Part shown: positions 43,604 through 51,592 of the stretch, one piece after another
Layout: the number at the start of each line of letters is the position of its first letter
How positions within the stretch are numbered: position 1 is the first letter of the stretch
From: a virus
IMG/VR virus record: IMGVR_UViG_3300013108_000188
Length of the DNA stretch: 64,000 nucleotides
Strand: one strand, 5' to 3'
The notes under the pieces: model-generated
The model's database searches: none
What the model saw: the letters and a program-made list of their open reading frames with translations, nothing else
Told to the model about the DNA's origin: nothing
Program-made: the position numbers and the translations under genes

Positions 43604-45229
43604 ATGAATCAAATATTTACTACAAGATGGTTTGCTTGTCTCACTTTTGTTATACTTCTTGGAATTTACTTGGTAAATCCAGTACTATTACAATCAACTA
43701 GACTAGCAACCTTTGATACTTACCAGAAATTTGGGACTCATTTAGATTCCAAATCTTTAGTCCTATTGGATATTTCAGACAAAGCACTTAAAAAGAACGG
43801 ACAATGGCCTTGGAAAAGAGATACACTTGGTCGCACTATAATTAATGCGTATAAAAATGGTGCCGCTCTAGTAGTATTACAAGTAGTCTTTCCTCATAAA
43901 GATAGACTAGGTGGTGATGAAATGTTTTTAAAGATGATACAAAAATATCCTGTCATACTAACTGAAACAAATGAAGTTAAAAATCTTATCAGTATATCCA
44001 GAAGAGCATTAGCAATAGGTAATGTATCTGTACCTGTTGATATAGATGGTACTATAAGAAAACTACCTCTGGATAAATCAATACCTGAAGTCGTATTAAA
44101 AGTAATAAAATTTCCTACACCTGAAGTAGATAATATTTGGTTAGATTTTAGACATCATATTCCTAGAGTAGATTTTACAGATAAAGATTGGTCATCTATG
44201 AAAGGTAAAATAGTTTTCATAGGTACTACATTTAAAGGTTCTACTTTTGCATTAACTCCAAATGGTTTAAAAAACACACACGAAATTATGGCAGTTAGTA
44301 CAGAAACTTTATTGTCTGGTAAATATATTAGTAGACCACATTGGTTATCTAGTTTAGAATTTTTTTATATAATAATAGGTTGTGTAATACTATTGTTTTT
44401 TATTCCTAAATTAGGTGTATTATCTTCTGCATTAATGTATGCTGGTTACTCTATACCTATCGCACTAGGAAGTATATATCTATGGACACAAAATTTATAT
44501 CTAACTGATTGGTTAAGTCCATTAGTAATAGGTACTTTAGTTTCAGGTCATTTAATATACAATAATTTTGCTAGAGAAAATAGATTGAAACTACAAATTA
44601 AAAAACAATTTGAACATTATCTAGCACCTCAAATGGTTAAAAAATTACAACAAAATCCATCACTATTAAAACTAGGTGGAGAGAGAAAAGAAATGACATT
44701 TTTGTTTTCTGATATAAGAGGTTTTACTCCTATAACTGAATCAATGAAAGGCGAACCAGAAAAGGTTGCTAAGTATGTTAATAAGTTTCTTACTGCAATG
44801 ACAAGTATAATACTTAAAAATGGTGGCACTATTGATAAGTATATGGGTGATTGTATAATGGCATTTTGGAATGCACCACTTGATAATCCAGAACATAAAA
44901 GACTAGCAATATTATCTGCGTATCAAATGAGAAGAACCGTTAGAGAAATGAATAAGAGTGGAGAGTTTAACCCACCTTTAAATATTGGTATAGGTATCAA
45001 TACAGGCGATTGTCTTGTAGGTAATATGGGTAGTGAACAAAGGTTTGACTATTCTGTTATCGGTGACGCTGTTAATCTTGCAAGTAGATTAGAAGGTCAA
45101 AGTAAAGAATTCAATACAACTATTGTAATATCAGAAAATAGTATCGCTGGAGATTTGCCGTTCTATAAACTTGGTAAAGTTAAAGTAAAAGGTAAAGAAG
45201 AAAAGATTAATTGTTATTCTATTAAGTAA
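43604..45229 (+). CDS. CHASE2-domain class III adenylate cyclase
   Basis: GQWPWKR CHASE2 motif, 1+3 TMs, LKLGGE, FSDIRGFT, IDKYMGDCIMAFWNAP, GIGINTG, FDYSVIGDAVNLASRLE; start reassigned to MNQIF. Confidence 0.93.
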   Translation: MNQIFTTRWFACLTFVILLGIYLVNPVLLQSTRLATFDTYQKFGTHLDSKSLVLLDISDKALKKNGQWPWKRDTLGRTIINAYKNGAALVVLQVVFPHKDRLGGDEMFLKMIQKYPVILTETNEVKNLISISRRALAIGNVSVPVDIDGTIRKLPLDKSIPEVVLKVIKFPTPEVDNIWLDFRHHIPRVDFTDKDWSSMKGKIVFIGTTFKGSTFALTPNGLKNTHEIMAVSTETLLSGKYISRPHWLSSLEFFYIIIGCVILLFFIPKLGVLSSALMYAGYSIPIALGSIYLWTQNLYLTDWLSPLVIGTLVSGHLIYNNFARENRLKLQIKKQFEHYLAPQMVKKLQQNPSLLKLGGERKEMTFLFSDIRGFTPITESMKGEPEKVAKYVNKFLTAMTSIILKNGGTIDKYMGDCIMAFWNAPLDNPEHKRLAILSAYQMRRTVREMNKSGEFNPPLNIGIGINTGDCLVGNMGSEQRFDYSVIGDAVNLASRLEGQSKEFNTTIVISENSIAGDLPFYKLGKVKVKGKEEKINCYSIK

Positions 45230-45576
45230 TTAATCATAGCTAATCAACACAAATTTAATCAATGCTACGAAAATTATAAATGTTGTGATTGATATTTTTG
45301 TATATATTGCTATGAAATTTCCTAGTCTGAAAGACCAGTATATAACTGCCCATAATATAATTAAATTTATTAATAATAAATGTGTATTCATCTGTCTTTA
45401 AACAGATATTACTTTTTATCTGTCAATTTGTTTATAAGTTCAAAAGCTACTTTAACTTTTTCTTCTAACACTTTTATTCTATAATGTGATTGTGCTAAGG
45501 TTACTATTAAAATGATAAATGCCACAAACATTGGCCACAATCTACTTATCATTAATACTAAATCTGCGTCCATAAA

Positions 45577-45942
45577 TTACTCTTTGTTCTTTGGTTTTTT
45601 CTCCTCTGGTTCATAATATTCTTTATATGCGTCAATCAAATCGTTGGTTGCTTTCATATGATTTCTAATTTGAGCAAAGTTTTTAGCGATTAATTGAAAA
45701 TCTTTATCTGTTAAACCAAATAACACAGGATCAATACCTTCATCTTCTAACTTCTGGAATACTTCAGCAGCATTATCAGAAGTAATGATAATCCATTTAA
45801 GTTTTTCTAATTGTGGTAAGGTTGGTTTTTGTAATTCTAATTTTTGTCTTTCAACTTCTGTTGTGAATATGTCAAGTTTTTTAATACTTGAGCATCCAGT
45901 TAAAAGGACTATGAATAAAATACTAATTACTATACGGTACAT
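45577..45942 (-). CDS. o-spanin (Rz1-like lipoprotein)
   Basis: Lipobox LTGC, Pro-rich stretch, overlaps the end of an upstream TM/coiled-coil gene. Confidence 0.7.
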   Translation of the reverse strand: MYRIVISILFIVLLTGCSSIKKLDIFTTEVERQKLELQKPTLPQLEKLKWIIITSDNAAEVFQKLEDEGIDPVLFGLTDKDFQLIAKNFAQIRNHMKATNDLIDAYKEYYEPEEKKPKNKE

Positions 45943-46399
45943 AATTTGGGTTCGCTATACTTGGACATTCTCTATTAATTTCAGATTTCTTTGTAGCTTT
46001 AATTTCTGCTTCTGTTAAGGCAGCGCCACCAGCAATTTCAACACAACGCATAACATTATCGCTACCTCTATTGATTATTTTCTGTATGACTTTCGTTTTT
46101 TCTAATGCAAGTTTACCAAAGTCTCTTCCACCTTTAGTAAATCTCTTGTCTAAATCTTGTAAATCCTTTTGAAGTTTATTCATAAGAGTATTCATCTTAT
46201 TATTTGCTTCAAGGATTTTACCAAAGTCTTCTTTTTGTTGGGCTATAACTTTCTTTTGACCTTCAACGGCAGCTTCTAACTTAACTTGATTAGCTTTTAA
46301 AATTGCATTGTCCTTCTGCAATTTCATAACATAGAGACCTGCACCTGCAAGTCCACTAATCATTATTACAACCATTGCCATTTTCATATAACCAAACAT
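45923..46399 (-). CDS. i-spanin (Rz-like)
   Basis: N-terminal TM, long periplasmic coiled coil, C-terminal Cys. Confidence 0.7.
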   Translation of the reverse strand: MFGYMKMAMVVIMISGLAGAGLYVMKLQKDNAILKANQVKLEAAVEGQKKVIAQQKEDFGKILEANNKMNTLMNKLQKDLQDLDKRFTKGGRDFGKLALEKTKVIQKIINRGSDNVMRCVEIAGGAALTEAEIKATKKSEINRECPSIANPNYVPYSN

Positions 46400-46515
46400 A
46401 AGTTTACTCTACTTCCAGAATTTTAATTTTTTAACTAAACCCGCTAGGTCTTCAAACTTCTCATTAACATACCAACCTAAAGCGAATCCTATAATAAGTC
46501 CTATTGTTAAAAACA

Positions 46516-46905
46516 TTATTTCTTCCTTCCTTTAAGATTGACCAGCTCTAATTTCATTTTAGCCACCTGGTCTTCTAGTTTATTTATCTTCGCACTTAAC
46601 GATGGAAACTTCTTAATTAGTTTCTCTTCCTTCGTTAATACATCTAAATTATATCTTTTAGCTGCCCAATTATAACATTGGTCTACCTTCTTATAAAACC
46701 AATGTCCCATTTTTGTTTTTTTAAACCACGCATTGGTACTTTGACCAATGATAGCACCCATACAGGATTTTACTATAAAGAACCACATATTATTTCTTTG
46801 GTTTTGCTCCTCTTGGTGCCGAGCTATTAATTGCCCAACGGCCGAACATTCTAACTGCGTAATAGGCAGATAAAATTTTAAATTTTGAGACAGAAGGTTC
46901 AGCAT
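46516..46905 (-). CDS. hypothetical protein (true start probably MWFFIV near 46788)
   Basis: ORF track; upstream extension overlaps the neighbouring gene. Confidence 0.5.
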   Translation of the reverse strand: MLNLLSQNLKFYLPITQLECSAVGQLIARHQEEQNQRNNMWFFIVKSCMGAIIGQSTNAWFKKTKMGHWFYKKVDQCYNWAAKRYNLDVLTKEEKLIKKFPSLSAKINKLEDQVAKMKLELVNLKGRKK

Positions 46906-47272
46906 ATTCCATACCTTGTCTGAATATGTTATCTGCTATTGCTCTATATTCTTCTCTCTCACTTTTACTTTTAATAGTACCTTCTTTAAATGCACCATTA
47001 ATTTTTTCATAAAGTATATCGTGTACTACTGCCGCTCTTGCAACATCAAACGGAGCTATTACTGCCCAAGCTATTCTTGGTACACTAGCTAAATCTGTGA
47101 TGTATCCAGCAGGTACGGTAACTTCGCCATTATCTTTAACTGCAACTCCACATCTTGCTAATTTACTTATCTCTACTTCGTTTAAATCTGCTACGAATTT
47201 TAACGCATTATTTAATACCCAATTTCTTGGTGGTAAAAATATAGCGTCAAGCAGTCCATTAAATCTACTCAT
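46790..47272 (-). CDS. DUF1353-family protein
   Basis: VPAGYITDLASVPR, AAVVHDILY, AD..F, AVR.FG. Confidence 0.8.
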   Translation of the reverse strand: MSRFNGLLDAIFLPPRNWVLNNALKFVADLNEVEISKLARCGVAVKDNGEVTVPAGYITDLASVPRIAWAVIAPFDVARAAVVHDILYEKINGAFKEGTIKSKSEREEYRAIADNIFRQGMEYAEPSVSKFKILSAYYAVRMFGRWAINSSAPRGAKPKK

Positions 47273-47279
47273 ATTTGTC

Positions 47280-47975
47280 CTATGGTTTCCTATCTTTTAG
47301 ATTCTGTTTAAATTTCTTATCGAATCTTTTAATTTTTCTATCCAAAACTTTAGCTTTAAGTCTGATAGAAATTTCTTTTTTTAAAGTTGGATCTGTTTGA
47401 GAAACTAATCCTACAGACCTCATTGTTCTATGTCTACCTTTAGGTGGTGTATCACCTAGAGCAGCAATAGGGTGCATTGCACCATAACTTCCACTACCTA
47501 TATTAAAAGCACCAAATTCTTTTAACCCAGCTTTTTCTAATACAGATTTCTTAACAGGTTCTTCTACAAATTCTATTTCATTTTTCCCATAAGATTTTTC
47601 ATCTACTATAACATCTATCTTATCCATTTGGTCTAGTATCTGATTTAAAAGAACACTATTAGTTTCTTTGTTTTCTTTGACCGTAGTACCAAGTCTTGTC
47701 ATAATTTCTTTTTTCTTTTTCTTATCTTGTACTGCGTCTGGTGGCATAGATACACCACCTCCTGCAACTGAATTAACAGGTGCGTCTTCTATTTGAAAAC
47801 CTAATTTCTTTTTTTCTTTTTCATAAGCGTCTGCGTCTGCTTTAGTATGAAATATAACCTGTACGGTATTTTGACCTGGTCTTTTCATCCGTACTATATA
47901 TTTACCACCGACAACTTTCGCTTCGTTCTTCTTATCTTTTAAGTACTTCATCAATATCTCTTTAACTGATGGCAT
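47280..47975 (-). CDS. hypothetical protein, possibly internal head protein
   Basis: IE-DAPVNS processing-like motif. Confidence 0.55.
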   Translation of the reverse strand: MPSVKEILMKYLKDKKNEAKVVGGKYIVRMKRPGQNTVQVIFHTKADADAYEKEKKKLGFQIEDAPVNSVAGGGVSMPPDAVQDKKKKKEIMTRLGTTVKENKETNSVLLNQILDQMDKIDVIVDEKSYGKNEIEFVEEPVKKSVLEKAGLKEFGAFNIGSGSYGAMHPIAALGDTPPKGRHRTMRSVGLVSQTDPTLKKEISIRLKAKVLDRKIKRFDKKFKQNLKDRKP

Positions 47976-48537
47976 TTAAATAATCTCCTGGGACTAATCG
48001 TCCATTTATATTATATATGTCCATACCTAACGCTGTAGTATATGGTTTCGTGTCCTCGTTGCATTGTACTATCGTTCCTTTCGGAAGAAAGTTATCTCCA
48101 TCAAATAAGTCGGACTTCAAATCATACTTACCTGATTTTAAAACTCTTTCATTAAAGTATTCTTCATTAAGAGTTTCAGTATAGTTAAATTCATCTATAC
48201 TTTTTAAATATTTATAGCAAGTTCGTTCTATATTCTTACCGTGTTCACTATAAAAATCTTTATCTTCTTTTAAAAGTAATCCTAATGCAACTGCAAAAGA
48301 ACCTAACTTACTACCTAGACCAACTTTACCTAGTATTCGTTTCATATTAAATACGAATCTATGCAACATAGTATAAGATGATTTTTCTTTACTAGTTTTT
48401 AATAGTCTATACGGTTTTAGCACTTTACCTTTATCGTCTATAATACCTGTCTTAAACGCTTCGTGGTTTTTAAATGGAGTAACCAATAATTTAATTACTC
48501 TATATGCTATTAATAAGTCTACTGCTCTACTTGCCAT
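47962..48537 (-). CDS. conserved T4-like marine phage protein
   Basis: D...YR.IKLLVTPF....A...GIID..G motif. Confidence 0.7.
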   Translation of the reverse strand: MASRAVDLLIAYRVIKLLVTPFKNHEAFKTGIIDDKGKVLKPYRLLKTSKEKSSYTMLHRFVFNMKRILGKVGLGSKLGSFAVALGLLLKEDKDFYSEHGKNIERTCYKYLKSIDEFNYTETLNEEYFNERVLKSGKYDLKSDLFDGDNFLPKGTIVQCNEDTKPYTTALGMDIYNINGRLVPGDYLNAIS

Positions 48538-48899
48538 TATAAGTTCCTTAATTCTAATTTAATGTATTCGTCTTCCGTCAGATTTTCAAGTTCTTTCGGA
48601 TACAAATAGTTTAAATAACTAAAAACAGACTTTAGTAAAGGCCAATACTTCGTGTCGTTTTTATATAACAACAAAGTAATACAGGCATCCACTCCAAAGA
48701 CATTTTGTAGTACGACAATATGATTGATAACAAGTCTTATCTTTACTTCACCTGTTAATTCATATTTCCGAAACAATCTTTTGATGTATTTAAATCGCTT
48801 AATATCATCCCAAAATTCTTTTTCAGTTTCAAAAGTTGGATTATCATAATGCTTTTGAGCATATAATAACCAATTATCTTCGGTTATCTGTTTGAACAT
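48537..48899 (-). CDS. conserved T4-like marine phage protein
   Basis: YA.KHYDNP...EF.DD.KRFKYIKRL..Y, RL..NH...L.NVF. Confidence 0.75.
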   Translation of the reverse strand: MFKQITEDNWLLYAQKHYDNPTFETEKEFWDDIKRFKYIKRLFRKYELTGEVKIRLVINHIVVLQNVFGVDACITLLLYKNDTKYWPLLKSVFSYLNYLYPKELENLTEDEYIKLELRNL

Positions 48900-48905
48900 T
48901 ATTGT

Positions 48906-49337
48906 CTACACTAATTTAGCGTAAACCTTTGATGAACCGTTAGACAATGTTTCGTATTTTACTTCTAATTTTAAATTATCAATACCAGGTCCATTATCTA
49001 CTACCACATCTTCAGGTTTAGTATCAGTTGTTTTTCCGTAAGTACCACCGAATTGTTTTACTTCACCAGTTACCGTTCCAGAAGTTCCTTCTAATTTCAT
49101 AGGACTAATATCTAATCCTATTCTCATTAGATTTTCTCTTAATTTGTCAACTGCAAATTGTGGTTTAATGTATTCCATATTTCCTACACTACCAACAAAA
49201 GCATTAACTCTATCTAAAACTCTTTGGTCTTTTAAATTCGCCGTACCTAAAGAACCGTCTTCAACTGCGTTTGAAGTTTGTACATTGACAGCACTTGCTG
49301 ACTTGTCTTCCTTTAAGTGTTCTCTAAAAGTTTTCAT
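48906..49337 (-). CDS. probable virion protein with capsid-targeting-like N-terminus
   Basis: MKTFREHLKE start. Confidence 0.6.
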   Translation of the reverse strand: MKTFREHLKEDKSASAVNVQTSNAVEDGSLGTANLKDQRVLDRVNAFVGSVGNMEYIKPQFAVDKLRENLMRIGLDISPMKLEGTSGTVTGEVKQFGGTYGKTTDTKPEDVVVDNGPGIDNLKLEVKYETLSNGSSKVYAKLV

Positions 49338-49439
49338 TTTTTCTCCTCTTTATCATTTATAGTTTGATTTGATTCTTCCTTATTTGGTTGAACCAAATCT
49401 TCCTCAAATTCTTCTAACTCTTTATCCGAGTTATCTATG

Positions 49440-49682
49440 TTATTTTTTATCTTCTCCATCTTCTTTTCCTTTAAGTTCTTGGTTAGCTTCCCTTAAAGTC
49501 AAATCGCTATCTGCTTTTCGCAAAAATTTTTCACAAACTTGTACTGCACCGTGTAAGGCATTTAGTTGTGATTTCGCACTTGCTAAATCTGTTTCTAATT
49601 TATTTACACTTTCAGTTAAAGCAGCTCGTTCTTTGTATAATTGATTAAATTCTTTCTCAATTATTGCTAATGATATTGCCAT
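49440..49682 (-). CDS. small coiled-coil protein
   Basis: AGGAG RBS; heptads. Confidence 0.6.
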   Translation of the reverse strand: MAISLAIIEKEFNQLYKERAALTESVNKLETDLASAKSQLNALHGAVQVCEKFLRKADSDLTLREANQELKGKEDGEDKK

Positions 49683-49706
49683 TATAAACTCCTATAATAA
49701 TATTAA

Positions 49707-50156
49707 TTATGCTACTGCGTATCCGTGACCAGCGATTATATTCCATTTACTATTTTTGAATAATAATGTAACCGATTCTCCTTCTGCATTAAGAGTAATA
49801 GTTGAGTGTCCTCTTAAATTAGTTGGTGTGATTACGCAATTGTTTGCTCCAGTACCAATAGTTATTAATGTTTTAATTTGTCCATCAGAACCATCTGCTA
49901 GTGTTAATGCTGTTGCACCACCACTTTGGTCTACTTCTGATATTGCTGAGGTAACATTAGCCGCTGTACTAGATGAAGTTAATGCTTCACTAGCTTGGCC
50001 TAGTCCTATAAAACTAGGTATGTTATTGAAAACATTTTTTGCTGTTACCTTTTTATTTATTGGTGTGTTTGAAGGATCGTCAACAATGTGAAACAAATCC
50101 ACATCTGCTAACGCTGTGCCCAGGTCATCCAGGGCGGTGATTTTTTTGTCTGCCAT
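49707..50156 (-). CDS. probable virion structural protein
   Basis: MADKKITAL start; beta-rich; late promoter upstream. Confidence 0.6.
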   Translation of the reverse strand: MADKKITALDDLGTALADVDLFHIVDDPSNTPINKKVTAKNVFNNIPSFIGLGQASEALTSSSTAANVTSAISEVDQSGGATALTLADGSDGQIKTLITIGTGANNCVITPTNLRGHSTITLNAEGESVTLLFKNSKWNIIAGHGYAVA

Positions 50157-50222
50157 TTTTTTCTCCTATAATTCCGATTTAACGGTAAACTACTCCGTAC
50201 ATCATATACGGACCATCTATAC

Positions 50223-50230
50223 TATTTATA
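50223..50230 (-). promoter_or_regulatory. T4-type late promoter
   Basis: TATAAATA. Confidence 0.7.
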
Positions 50231-50235
50231 CAAAT

Positions 50236-50262
50236 AAAAAAGGGGACCATAAGGTCCCCTTT
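50236..50262 (-). terminator. rho-independent terminator
   Basis: AGGGGACC/GGTCCCCT stem followed by a U6 run. Confidence 0.85.
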
Positions 50263-50293
50263 GATATTATTACTAGATTTTGTTAGTTATCTA

Positions 50294-50878
50294 TTAACTT
50301 CCAACCGTAATAGTTCCAGCAGCTGATCCAACACCTGCTGAGATAGTTCTTACTGCGTTTCCGCCACCGATAGCATCCACTATTGTTGCGCCATTCAAAT
50401 TAATTGATTGAGCAGCAATTGATATTACATCATTTGCATTAACATTAGCGTTTGTAGCAGTTGCTGAAAAAGAAAGTGTATCTCTTGTTCCTGCACCACC
50501 ATCCATCGTTAAAGTAATTGAGGAAGCTCCTCCACTACCTGCTTGGTCATTAGAAACATACATTAGAGGCGAACCACCTGCAATTGTAACCTGTTCATTA
50601 AAGTGAACCTCTACCGTAATAGTTGATCCACCTGCACCTGAAATTGTTTGTCCAACTGCAAAGTTCACAGCGTCAATAGTTGCTTGTCCTAATTGTGTTG
50701 CTAAATCACCAATAGCGACTAATACTTCTGGAGTTGCGTTTGCGTTATCGTTTCCTGACGCTGCCGTACCCGCTTGTTGAACCCAACCACTTGAATTAGC
50801 ATAGACTTCTTTTTTCTGTGCTGCTGTTAGATTCTTTGGTTTCGACTCGTCATTTGTGTCTGCTCCCCATAGTCCCAT
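50294..50878 (-). CDS. probable virion structural/decoration protein
   Basis: MGLWG..D.SKPK, GWV, EVLVA motifs; Ala/Gly/Thr-rich Ig-like part; own terminator. Confidence 0.65.
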   Translation of the reverse strand: MGLWGADTNDESKPKNLTAAQKKEVYANSSGWVQQAGTAASGNDNANATPEVLVAIGDLATQLGQATIDAVNFAVGQTISGAGGSTITVEVHFNEQVTIAGGSPLMYVSNDQAGSGGASSITLTMDGGAGTRDTLSFSATATNANVNANDVISIAAQSINLNGATIVDAIGGGNAVRTISAGVGSAAGTITVGS

Positions 50879-50942
50879 AATAGTCTCCTTATTAAATTTA
50901 ATTAATTAAACTTGATTAATCTGTTATATTTATGAATAATGA

Positions 50943-51542
50943 TTATTTGAAACCTAGTTTTCTCAATTCAGATATTGTATTACTAGTGCTTGTATGATGA
51001 ATACCTATACCACCTCTCGCTCTAAACTGCGATATATTCTTTATATAGTCATCAATTAGTATTGTAGGCATACCTCCAACCTTAGCAAAATTTTGTTTCT
51101 CTCTTCGTTTTACTAGGTTAACTTTATTGCCTGACATACCTAATCTTGTTCTTGCCCATTTTGATTTACCTGGTATACAATTAGGGTCAGTAGTTTGTTC
51201 TACATAAGCAGATAAAATATGTGGATCATATTTTCTTATAAACGACCATAGTCTTTGACCACCTGGCGCCCAAGGTAATGTAGACCAGAAGTTTTTAGTC
51301 TGCATTATTGGTTTCCACTTATCTCTTATTGATTTGAATTTCTTTCCAGGTTCTTTTGCCCATTGAGACATAGGCATACCTACTGCTTTTTCAGCAGCTT
51401 TTTCAAAATTACATACTACTCCATCCATATCACAATATATTCTAGGTAGTTTATCTCTTAAACCATCCCTTCTATACTCGTGGATATTCTCTAGTTTGTT
51501 TCTTTGATGGATTACATCCTGTCGGAGTTCTTTATATTTCAT
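50943..51542 (-). CDS. HAD-family 5'(3')-deoxyribonucleotidase
   Basis: YCDMDGV, ILSA, GK..W, ILIDD..KN...F...GG.GI.H. Confidence 0.85.
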   Translation of the reverse strand: MKYKELRQDVIHQRNKLENIHEYRRDGLRDKLPRIYCDMDGVVCNFEKAAEKAVGMPMSQWAKEPGKKFKSIRDKWKPIMQTKNFWSTLPWAPGGQRLWSFIRKYDPHILSAYVEQTTDPNCIPGKSKWARTRLGMSGNKVNLVKRREKQNFAKVGGMPTILIDDYIKNISQFRARGGIGIHHTSTSNTISELRKLGFK

Positions 51543-51554
51543 AGTTTTTCTTTT

Positions 51555-51583
51555 ATTATAACACTTTCCCCACTTAAAGTCAA
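51555..51583 (-). promoter_or_regulatory. sigma70-type early promoter
   Basis: TTGACT-17-TATAAT. Confidence 0.75.
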
Positions 51584-51592
51584 GCAAAAAAA

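Noticed and set aside
50943-51542. HAD nucleotidase as part of the packaged late enzyme set
   Set aside because: It has its own sigma70-type promoter and only a weak leader resemblance, so it is more likely an early nucleotide-pool enzyme
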